Assembly (NCBI RefSeq): GCF_052425735.1
Contig: NC_135770.1
Coordinates: forward strand, 27,156,001 to 27,220,000
Direction of reading: 5' to 3'
From: Oculina patagonica
Taxonomy: Eukaryota
DNA: 64,000 nt
The notes beneath the pieces are model-generated. The model searched no databases. It worked only from the letters and a program-made list of their open reading frames with translations, and was not told where the DNA came from. Both the position numbers and the translations under genes were made by a program. This document shows positions 38,284 to 49,137 of the stretch, in pieces. Positions within the stretch are counted from its first letter, which is position 1, and each line of letters starts with the position of its first letter.

Positions 38284-38360
38284 TAGCCTCCAGCGCAGTT
38301 GCTTAGGGGCGATCGTGTTTGAAACACGTTCGCCCCTAAGAACGACTGCGTGGGAGGCTA
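38284..38360. mobile_element. 77-bp hairpin element with 9-bp TSD, downstream of the CCNK stop
   Basis: GTAGAAAAC|TAGCCTCC..CGCAGT..CTTAGGGGCGA ... TCGCCCCTAAG..GACTGCG.GGGAGGCTA|GTAGAAAAC. Confidence 0.75.
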
Positions 38361-38526
38361 GTAGAAAACTGGCAAAAATAAGTTTTGCACAACATTTGTG
38401 TTCAAAATGTAGCAGATAGTCTGCATTCAACTGCAACTTAAACTCAAACCAATTGTTGCGAGAAAGTAAGTTAGCAGACACTTGCTGTTTGGCATACTGC
38501 ACATGTCACTGTAAATGTACATTTCA

Positions 38527-41500
38527 TCATCTCATCCAGCCTCCCATCTGTTGATTTTGCGACGGAGGAACCCCAAACTGCCTTGGCCACTGAAAATCAT
38601 TGGAGGCAACTTGAGGTAGTGGTGGCCGCTGTCCACTGTGGAGCGGAGGGAGGGGAGGAGGGGGGAGCGACATGGGTGGGTGAGGTGGTCTGCCTTGATG
38701 AGGTGGCACCCCATACCCTGAGGGGTTTTGCAGAGTGTTTACACCACTTGGTGGGGGAGGGTATAAAGCACTAGTAGGTATCGGAGGCAGAGGGGGTGGA
38801 GGCGCATTAGGGAACCCTCCAAGGCCAGTAAAGTGGGCATATCCTTGAGTTGGCGGCAGATACGACTGGTTTTGGAACTGAGAAGGCAAGTGAAATGGAG
38901 GAACAGAACCAAGGGTTGTGCTACCTAGAGAAGGTTGAAATGAAGCATTTGTAGTAAGAGTTGCAACTCCTGTGGGTTGTACTGTCTGTTGATAAATGTT
39001 CATAGCATAGTTTTGTTCTGCACTGTATGACGACGTTACGGCAGAATAAGACGTCAAGGTAGGCTGAAGAACGTTTGCAGATGCTACTGCGGGCATGTCA
39101 CTTGTTGTTTTTCCTGTTTGAGCTGAAGCAAATGTAGTGTCCACTGTTTGCGTGACCTTTGGTGGTTCTGTCGTGACAGTAAGAGGCTGTTGCTGCTGCA
39201 AGGGAATCGGTGCTGGGCTGACATTTTCCACTTGTATTTGAGATGAAGTCAGTGATGGCGGAAGTGGCTTTAGTGGTTCAGCAGACATCTGACTGGGAAC
39301 AGGGGGAGTATCTGGTAAAAAGGGGAATATTTAAAAAAATAGGTTATAGTGTACAAGTTCAAACTATATTGAGGGGTCAGGGCATCCCTTGTGACAAGTA
39401 AGGAAAAACTGATGATGGTACATTTGAAGCCAAATTATTGTAAATGAGAGATGTACATGTATGTAAGAGTAATTGAAGGGCTAGGTGGAAAAGGGGCAGA
39501 AGTGATTTTGGCTGAAAATAAACATTGACAAAACAATGGCATTTCGCATGTGGGTTTGTTTACGTATGTGAAACATTGTACTGTATTTATTTCTCCTGGT
39601 TTTTGCTTCGTTTCCAAGAAATAACATGCAAAAAGCTTGTTTTTTTTCAAGTCGGCGTTTTAAGAAGTTTCTTTGTACTATTTAAACAAAGAAGCTACTT
39701 AAGATGCAGACTGGAAAAAACCTAGTTTTTGTGTGGACTTTCCACACATTGTTTTGATGCAGTTTTTTCCGATTGGGGGGTCACTTTCCGTATTAACTCA
39801 ATTAAGTGCTTTCGAAAGTATTCGATAGTGTCATTAAAGATGTGAATATTGTTCATCGTGGTAGTGTTCATCATTATGTTTCTCACGATAGAATCGCTTT
39901 GAGATGTTGATCGCGACGTTTCGACTGCAATACTGATAGTCTTCATCAGGCGATGAGATCAATTGTTTACGCATCGCTATTTATGCACGTTGGTTCGCTG
40001 TGATTGGTGCATTTCGATCCTCATTATTATTCGGACTAACAGATGGTGTTTCCTCAGAGGTCCGCTTTGTAGTTGAACGGCTGTCATGCTTTCTGATCGT
40101 AGGTATCCATGCTTCAGGAATTTCAATAACATCAATAGAGAAATTGAAACATGGCAAACTTGTCAGCACCTGATTGGTGATATCAAACACACGTAAAAAA
40201 TTATCGTCGGTAATTTTACACACGTTGTGATACTGTTTTTCTCGGTGGTCAAAATCCCAATAAACAACCGCAGTTTATATAATAAATATAATTAACTGAC
40301 AGTCAAGAATATTTTAACAAACAATCATCAGCCTGTGGCAAAATAATTGTACCTGAAGCCAATGTCTGTGATTTGATCTCTGATGAAGTGCTTGTGTGTT
40401 TCTGAAAGAAAAGAAGCAAGAATTATTTTATTTATTTATCAATAACTATTATTGGTGGTTCATATGAAATATCATCCAAACTAAAAGCACAAAGATATAA
40501 AATGTCTATTGATAACTGTTAAAAACATACTCACTCTTTTCTTGGTTGGTGGACTCAAGCTTGTCATTGGACTGGAATGATTTGATGAGCTTCCTTCGTC
40601 ACTAGCTTCAGTTTTTTCCTTCTTTTTTCCACCGCCATACAGTTCATACATTTCATCACAAATATCTACATTTTAATAAATTATTAACAATCATACATGT
40701 AAATATTATATATCAATATACTATTACAAGCAATATAGACCTGTAATGTAATCTAACCTTATTGTGACTAATTTTTACAAGAACTTAATTTTGCGGGAGC
40801 TTAATTTGAAACAGGCATAATTTATGAGAAATAATTTTCCTGATTAATTTTGCCCAAAAAAATAAGTTAAAAATCTTAAAGTAGTCAAAAACATTAATTT
40901 AAGATGTTTTTGTGGGTCTTGCATTTTTTTAAAACATTGAAAATAAGTAACAACAAGGTAGATAATATTAACCAGTTTAGATAATACTTGACCAGGTGCA
41001 TAATGCAGGCCAACCGCAACTTGTACTCAGTTAATCTTTTGACCTAAGCTAGAAACATGTAGGGTTTGCTAAATATTTTTTGTTATTTTTTAATGAGCAG
41101 ATGCAACAGAACTAATACTGCATGAGCTTAGTGCACAAGCAAATGTGTAGGATAGTGTTTTTGTAACACCTAAGTTGCAATAAAAAGAGGCAGCTATATT
41201 GCAAATACTGATGAAAATTTCATACAATGTAATTCACTCATAATGCAAGGTATAAAAGAGGACTTTAAGGAAAAAATAAGGAAAATTATAATAAGGAAGA
41301 AAAAAACAACAGCAAAAAAGAAAGGGTATTACTCGGTAATCTACACCAACCTTGCACAATCTCAGCAAAAAAGTGAGACATTGAAACTTTAACTACGTTT
41401 CTGTTTTACATGATATTTTACAAATGATTTACCGTAGTTGTTGTCAGTGATTTAAGAAATATGATTTTGAAACAAACGCCGCCCTTTAATAAACGCCGCA

Positions 41501-44500
41501 TTGGAAATGCTAAAAATGAAATAAACCCTGTTGCGGCGTTTAATCAAGTCAATACAGTAGTGCTATAATATTTCTCCTAGCTTTCTCTACATGTTTTCAT
41601 TAATCTTTTTAAACCATAAGTGTCCTTTTTTGATTTCTTAATTAAAAATCAACAGCCATTAAAAAATTACCTTCAATCACTGATTCTTTGACACCCTTGA
41701 TGAATGAGTGGAACCATGTTTTGCCAGGAGCAGCAGAGGATGCCTGTAAGTCGTGGTTGTTAAACTTTGCAGCCAATGCTATCATGGCCACTGATATGAC
41801 TTCTGGTTTGTGTCTCAAACACAGCGTGGTGGACAAGCTGTGAGGTTAAACAAACAAAAACTCTCCTTAATAAAATGTGGCTAAATGTAATTTAGGCTAA
41901 GTTAACCTCGAAGCAATGCTCTCCAGCAACCTTTGGATGCACGAAGCCCGCCTGCAACCTTGGCGGTTCACTGGGGCACTCTGTGACGCCTATACGCCGT
42001 AGGCCGTTATCGCTGGCCGCTTAGAGCTCGGGGTGGCCCCAGGGCCTTCGCAGGGGCTCTTCATGACCTTTCACGCAGCGTGTTGCTCGCTATCATTCGC
42101 AAGCTCATTTCACTAGCACAGTTGCTCGCAAGCTTCGCTATTGTTGATGAGTTTAATTTACAATTAAGATAACTGATTGATGGTGTTTATGTACTATTGC
42201 AGGAGGCAGGAGGCACGGTTAGTGTGCTAGACTCCAGATCGAACACGTTAGGTTTTGAGCCCAAGCCAGGATCATTGTGCTATGTTCTTGGCAACCCTCC
42301 AAGTTAAGCAGGGACGGCAGAGCTGGGGGGGCTGGGAGGGGCTTTAGCCCCCCCAGAATTTCCGAAAAAAATAAAGACTTACTAAGAGAAGGGTCTTTTA
42401 AGCCCCCCACTTCAAGTCACTAGTCAGCACCCCCACTTGGAAAATTGCTCCACCGTCCCTGTTAAGACCATTTTAGTCGCCATGGCGACTAAAATTTTGG
42501 AGCTGGCAACTTAATTGGAACCAAAGTCGCCAGCCTGGCAACTAAAATTGAGAAGAAAGATTGAAAGTGTGAGCTTAATTTGGCGACTAAAATTTTACAC
42601 TACATGATAACCAAAGTTGAGCAGTAAGTGGCCACAAAATAAACTTGGAAGGTTGTTTGGACAAGACACTTTACTCTCACAGTGCCTTTCTCCACCCAGG
42701 TGCATAAATGAGTACCGGCCAATTTACTGCTGGGGGAAAATGCTGTGATGGACCAGCATCCCATCCAGGGGGAGTAGAAATACTCTTGGTTGCCTCATGC
42801 TGCTGAGACTGGGATAAGTTCTGGCCTGATGGGCCACTAAGCTCAAATGCAGACTTTATACTTTTAGCCTGCATAAACTGATGTCCCCCTTGGCAAGCAA
42901 CGCAATCCCATACAAAAAATGACCCTCATTACTTTCCGATTTACATGCAGCTTTTCCTTGTTTGCTATTTTGGAAGGTTGCAATGTTTGTGTGGCAGCTA
43001 TACTTTTGTGTCTTCTAGGTAAAATGTGTATTACATGTAGGCCAATCCATGTACAGAAAGAAAAATGTTTTGAATATAAAGAGACCCAATGTGTGGTTCC
43101 ATGAAATATCTATACCTCCCCTACGGAAAGGATTTTTTTAAAAGAATCTCCTCACCCGTCTGAAAATTCCAGTTAAAGATCACCCCCCAGGAAATTTCAA
43201 ATTTCTTCTGTGGGGGGGGGGGGAGTATGGATATTTTCTGGAACTACACAATGGAGGAATCTTGTTGAATTTATTTTTTTTGCACCACTCAATCACACAG
43301 TTGAAAATCAGCCATGCAAGTTCTGCAGTGGGACACCCAAAGCAAAGCAAGGTGAAGCTTGACTTGATTGAGTTGCTTTGTTTCGAATGTGTTGTTCCAT
43401 AAAATCCCCTCCCACGGAAGGTTAATATTGGTTTTCAAGAGTCCCCCACCCCTCTGGAAATTCCAGTTAAGCCCCATACCTTCTTTTAAAAAATTTCGCT
43501 TTTGAGACCCCCCACCCCCTCGGAATTTCCAATGACATTCCAAAGGGTGGGTATGGATATGTTGCAGTTAATTTTTGATCTCAGTTATTTATTTTTTTAT
43601 TTATTTATTTTTTTTTATTTTTTTTTTTTTTTTTTATTTATTTAATTATGGTGTTGTTATGATATTATATTATTTTTAAAAAATATTTCTCCCCTTTTTT
43701 CGGGGTAGAAAGGGGGGGAGAAAAAAAAAAAAGGGGTGAAAATAAAAAATAGAAGAGAAAAAAAAAAAAAAAAATAAAAAAAAATAATAATTAGGAAAGG
43801 GAGAAAAAAAAAGAGANNNNNNNNNNNNNNNNNNNNNNNNNNNNNNNNNNNNNNNNNNNNNNNNNNNNNNNNNNNNNNNNNNNNNNNNNNNNNNNNNNNN
43901 NNNNNNNNNNNNNNNNNNNNNNNNNNNNNNNNNNNNNNNNNNNNNNNNNNNNNNNNNNNNNNNNNNNNNNNNNNNNNNNNNNNNNNNNNNNNNNNNNNNN
44001 NNNNGTACCACTGCATGTTTTGCAGCCCAGCATGGCTGATTTTGCACCATGTGACCCAGTCATGCAGAGAGCCTACTTAAATGCTATATCAGAACAGAGA
44101 ATATTGTACATGTATTAATGTCTTTGGAGTTTGGGGACACCTAATACAATTTAGCATCAGATCAGCTTACTAGTATGTATGCATGCAGCTTGTTGTATCT
44201 GGTATGTTTGCTATAATTTGTTTCTTTGAGGAAGAGGTCACTTGTTTTGGTCCGCTATAATTTCTTTTGGACTGTTGCTTCTTTTGAAACTCTTCCACAC
44301 ATTTACTGTTAATTAACCACTAATGATGCTGCAAGCAAGGATAATTCACATTTTGATGATCAAAATAAACGAGTTATTTTTTTTTTTTGCCTCGCAGTGT
44401 TTTCTAAAGAAATAGAAAACACGTTCCCTGTTTCAATCCAGTTAAAGGAACACTCATTGTAAGTTTTGGAGAGCTTGAAAAAGATGTGGAAACACTCGCC

Positions 44501-47500
44501 TATTGACTCCTGTTCCCACAGCATTTCTTGTTCTTCCAAACTTCCACTTGTGTTTCTATAACTTGATAGAAACATGGAACACATTGTTTATATTTCTTAA
44601 ATACAATCCATTGACAGTACAGCAGGGACAACAACAACAATAAACAGACCTGTCATTTGAGAATGTCCATGCCATTTGGACCAACTTGTTCATCTTTGCA
44701 CGATCACCTGTGTTGATACAAATTTTATGACTTCTGTTAGTCCACCAAGTAGACTAAAACATCAACAACTTAGAAGAACTATTAGAAAATATGGTCTATA
44801 GGAGTGAAGTCCATGGAAAAATGTGGTTGATTTGTTACTGTCGCTTGCATCGAAGCGTGAACACTCACTGCCAAAAGATAATCTAACTGGGTATCGAACG
44901 TGGCATGAGTCCTCATCAAACGTTGAAGTTTAGCAGACCCCAACGGCAACTTTTGTGCTCAAAATGCTTACCATAAGTACTGGCGAAACTTTACGCAAGA
45001 AGTGATTCAAGTGAACCTGCAAATGCATATCGACACAGATCAGGATCAATTTGTCGGAAAAAGTTTTCATATCCAAACTTTCTGCCATTTCAAAACCAGA
45101 ATGTGTTGAACATTTGGTGCAAAAGTTGTTGTTACAGTCTGCCAAACTTAAGTTTGAACGAATTGAGACGTTTAATAGCCAATTAGATCATGTTTTAGCG
45201 GCGAGTGTTACATGCTTAGATGCAAGCGACGGTAAATGATCCCACACCTTTCAGTGCTTTGCCAAACTTCAGCAGACTAGGATACGGATGCTCCACTTGA
45301 AGGTCAAACTTGATTGTTTGTAACAGAACTCTTTCATACGTCATTACTTCTTCCTGAAAGTTAAAGGAAAATGTACCAGAAAGCAGGGATATAAATAATA
45401 GGCAGAAGGCAGAAAAAAAAAATAACCTCCTGAGGACTTCATTTTTCTGGCTGTGTCTGGTTAGATCTTTCTTTTGATGTGACCCAAAATTTTCCGCCTG
45501 TGATCAAGAAAATTCTGGCTGTTGGTCCAAATCTTAGACAGTGTACATCCCAGAGAAAAGTTTGAAAGAATCTGTTAGATCTGTACAACTATAGATTTAA
45601 AATTTATTTCTTGTTGCAAAGTACGTAAACTGTAGTAAAAGAATAACAAATTTCCTTTTCTTTTCTTCGTCTCTTGAAACCAGGAATGTAGTTACTGAAT
45701 TGAGAATTTATTGCCAGGAGGTCACCACACAAGCCATTTGTCTGAGATTCTTAGAAACTTCAAGCAATTACATGTAATGTTACCTTTGGATCATCACCAA
45801 ACACTTCAAACTGATTTTCAAACAAAATGATCTTTGCAGTCTTGATGATATCTCTGCATTTCTTGGGAGTTTCTTCTACTTTTCCAGCAAGAAACAAACA
45901 CGCCGCACCTGTGACCTGAATATTGAAAAAAAAAATCTTCAAGACACCGAGTTCTCTTGTTTCACTAGTACCGTATTTTCTCAAATAAACGCCCCCGGCG
46001 TTTATTTCAAACTTGACTTCGTGAACCCGGCGTTTATTTGAAGCCGGCGTTTAATCGGGGCCCGGCGTTTATTAACGGACAGCAATTTTCTGCCAATTTT
46101 TCAGATTGATTTATTGTTACCGATCTTCGAGACCAAGGGGCATTTTGTCAAGGTGGGACAATTTTTCTCTTCGTTCTGCCCCGAAAAAGTGTCCCTGGGT
46201 ATCCAAAGGTGATTATTTCCCAAAGGTGCACTATTACGGATTGGATAGTTTATGTTGCAATCGAGATTTGTGACAAACAGAATATATTTACTTGTTAGCT
46301 TGACCTCAAATAAACGCCGGGACCTCGAACAAACGCCCCCGGCGTTTATTTAAAAACTAGCAATTTTGACCCGGCGTTTATACGAGGCCGGCGTTTAATC
46401 GGGGTCCGGCGTAATCGAGAAAATACGGCATGCAATGCAGGAGTACTTTAGTGAGTGATACATTTTGATAGATCTGGCAAGTGCCATCTTGGATTACACC
46501 TTGCCAGAGGCTTGAGGAGAGAGGGAAAAAGTACTTAGTTAGAGAGAAAGGAGTGAGGCCTGAATGAAGGGTGGGGAAGAATAATTTTTTTCTCCTCCTG
46601 CTCCCTGCCAACTCCCTGTGGCCACATTCTCTTGTCTTCTCCCTCTACATTTTGTGCCTCCCAGGCCAAATACGCAAACAAAATTATCCCATGCTCACCC
46701 ACCAAAAAACATCTGCAGTGCAGCTACTGTTTAACAGGCAACCACCCTTGAGATCAGCCAATAATTATGATTGCTTAAAAGGACTACTTATCCCGGGGGG
46801 GGGGGGGGGGTTTCCCTTATAAGAGCTTAAAGGGGATGTGTGACCCCATAGGGTGCTTTCAGCCTTTTTTTCTTGAACGGAGTATTATATTTCACCCCTT
46901 TTTTGTCTTAAACGGGTTTTCTTTACAGAGACCAATGTCTTAAACAGGATAGGCTTATACTAATGCAGAGGTGTAAATTTATACAAACTTAGCCACAAGC
47001 CGTATTTTTACAAATTCTTCAGTATTGCTGACTTACGTTGATTTTAGCATTCATTCACGATTACAACAAAGCCAGTGAGGTACTTGGTTATGTCTTACAT
47101 GGGGTATTAAAACTTGGCATTCTGTCTTAAACGGGGTAGGAAAATCAGAGGTCTGTGTCTTAAACAGGGTCACGGTTTAGGAGGCCAGGCCGCACCTCCC
47201 TACCCAAGATTATGTCGAGTACCCCGCGGGCTACTTATAAAAAGTGGTACAGAGTTAAGAGTCTTTTTCAATGCTTGGTACATGTATGCCAGATGAATAA
47301 ACCTGCTTGTAATACAGAATATTTAATTTTTTTAATAAATTTGACCAACAAATACATGTACGTACCCAGCGTGGGAAGTTCTTAAAAGATTGTACCATGT
47401 AGAACCTGTGAAAGTACACAGCTCCTGTGGCCATAGTGTCGTAACGTCTGATATTCAGTTTGTCAAGGATCTTATTACTAGACTTTGTAGAATTAGGTTA

Positions 47501-48964
47501 ATAATTATTATTAATCTGTAATTATGCAGCCTTAGCCAGCATGATCACTGAGATTTTGTTTTAATCCTCATGACTTTGTTTTTGGGGTCGGTGAAATTGG
47601 TTGCAAAACATTGTCACATAAGCAAAACCATGAGATCAGCGTAGAGGACATACATTGGTATACATGTGCACAAAAAATCCTCTTGTTTTTATGATCACTG
47701 AGGAATAACCTAGTTTGTTGATCAAGTGTGTGTTGTCAGTTTGTTTAAAGGGAATTTTTTGCCATTAGTTTAAAGCAAGTACTATACAGTGTATATACAT
47801 TTCACAAACATGCATATTTAATAAGTGATACTTGTTCACAAAGTACAACTGGATAGCCAACATGTCTGAGAGGTCAACAGGGACCTACTGGAGTCTCACA
47901 AATGTGTCAGGCAGCAAGCTAAGGCATGCAAGGCAAGGGGTGGTGAATGGTCCTTCAAAAAGTGCGTGTCGCACAAAATTTTAGCCAAATTTCAGGGGTC
48001 TTGTCGTCTTGAATTTTTTCTTTGACACCTTCTCGGAGTCTCAATTTCTTTTGCAAGGCTAAAAAGGGCTCGGACTCGCAGAAAAGGTATCAGTCTCGCC
48101 GTCTCGCAAAGTCTCCCATTTACCATTCGACACCCCTAAGGCGAGACAGCGATGCATGCGAGGCAGAAACTCTACTCCAAATAAAAAGGCTAACCACAAG
48201 CTACCTAAGCCATAACTAGTTAGTTGAGGAGACTATGCCTAAGCTAAGCTAAGCTAACTGTATGCTAACCGGAGTGCTATTTAGGCTAACCAAAATGCAT
48301 AGCATGCCTCGCTGCCCTGGGGGGGGGGGGTTTCTCTNNNNNNNNNNNNNNNNNNNNNNNNNNNNNNNNNNNNNNNNNNNNNNNNNNNNNNNNNNNNNNN
48401 NNNNNNNNNNNNNNNNNNNNNNNNNNNNNNNNNNNNNNNNNNNNNNNNNNNNNNNNNNNNNNNNNNNNNNNNNNNNNNTCGCTGCCTGGCACTTTGTGAC
48501 TACCCGACCTCCTGTCCTGATGAGCAACTTCAGAATCTCACCCTGCCACTTCGATGTACATGTGAAACCTCGACATAAAGGACTCTTTTGTAGAACGAGG
48601 TAATTCCCCTCTTGTTTTTTTTTCCTTCAAATTTTTCATAACACAATAGATTCTATTCTTATGTCAATGACATGTGTAAATAAGGTTGACCGGGTATTCT
48701 GAAGTTTAGCAGGGGTCCATCCTCGAAAGCAAAATAAAATGCAGCATATACACTCTTTAACTTAATCTGGAACTTGCACACAAAAAAACCCGACACGAAT
48801 GTCAGAGTTGGGTAGCAGTAAGGATACAGTCTCATTCTGTTACCACAGTTCATAATGAAGCGAGTTCCCTCTCTCCTGTAGCGCATTTCAGTCATATAAT
48901 CAATGCCATCTAGCCTGGACGGAGTCCTTAACAAGTCCTCCTTGCTGAAGTACCAGTTAGGCAT
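38527..48964 (-). CDS. CCNK: Cyclin K; 9 exons, proline-rich C-terminus
   Basis: Exons 48964-48828, 47447-47366, 45915-45784, 45353-45248, 44707-44650, 41837-41671, 40665-40535, 40401-40353, 39311-38527. Motifs [62 protein letters not shown] and [11 protein letters not shown]; ends GGWMR*. Confidence 0.95.
39880..40140 (-). mobile_element. Penelope-like element 3' remnant in CCNK intron 8
   Basis: Residual coding [14 protein letters not shown] resembling the C-terminus of a PLE GIY-YIG ORF, followed by the hammerhead-containing terminal repeat; boundaries approximate. Confidence 0.6.
39910..39954 (-). ncRNA. Minimal type I hammerhead ribozyme (Penelope-associated)
   Basis: Minus strand reads ATCGC-CTGATGA-A-GACT-ATCAGTATTGC-AGTC-GAAAC-GTC-GCGAT: intact CUGANGA/GAAA core, stem I ATCGC/GCGAT, stem II GACT/AGTC, palindromic ACGT stem III and a GUC cleavage triplet. 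Confidence 0.8.
43817..44004. other. Assembly gap (N run) with low-quality homopolymer-rich flank
   Basis: Run of N; adjacent poly-A/T noise at ~43580-43816. Confidence 0.99.
44837..45233. mobile_element. Degenerate MITE with ~65-bp imperfect TIRs
   Basis: ACTGTCGCTTGCATC.AAGC..AACACTC ... GAGTGTTACATGCTTAGATGCAAGCGACGGT. Confidence 0.7.
45971..46428. mobile_element. pogo/Tigger-like MITE
   Basis: TA|CCGTATTTTCTC ... GAGAAAATACGG; internal CCGGCGTTTA repeats. Confidence 0.75.
46792..47230. mobile_element. CCCGGG-ended MITE with 8-bp TSD
   Basis: CTACTTAT|CCCGGG ... CGCGGG|CTACTTAT; internal TGTCTTAAAC.GGG repeats; related fragment at ~2881-3035. Confidence 0.78.
47448..48827 (-). other. 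U12-type (minor spliceosome) GT-AG intron, CCNK intron 1
   Basis: 5' splice site GTATCCTT at 48827-48820; branch site TCCTTGAC at 47469-47462, ~14 nt before the AG; little polypyrimidine tract. Confidence 0.9.
48338..48478. other. Assembly gap (N run)
   Basis: Run of N. Confidence 0.99.
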
Positions 48965-49137
48965 GACTGCTTGGACTCTAGAACACTGTAAAAACTACAT
49001 TTTCTGCTTTTCTACGCCGCCAACGCCGCCATGTTTTTGCACCACAAGGTTCCATGCGGCGCGGCTACCAAGCTGAAACTCTATAAAGTCGGACCCAGAA
49101 CTCCTCGATCTTCCTCTATTTCTCCTCCAAGAAAGCG
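48965..49137. promoter_or_regulatory. Compact bidirectional promoter CCNK/EEF1G with TATA box and 5'TOP-like pyrimidine tract
   Basis: Only 173 bp between divergent start codons; TATAAA at 49082-49087, CTTCCTCTATTTCTCCTCC from ~49110 (about 28 nt downstream), and a YY1-like CGCCATGTT at ~49027-49035. Confidence 0.7.

Noticed and set aside
43560-44063. Phe/Ile-rich ORFs and extreme homopolymer tracts
   Set aside because: Low-quality sequence flanking an N gap; assembly artefact.
44880-44930. Hammerhead-like TTGATGA...GATAC on the minus strand
   Set aside because: Both core motifs are mutated and the segment overlaps a MITE terminal repeat.
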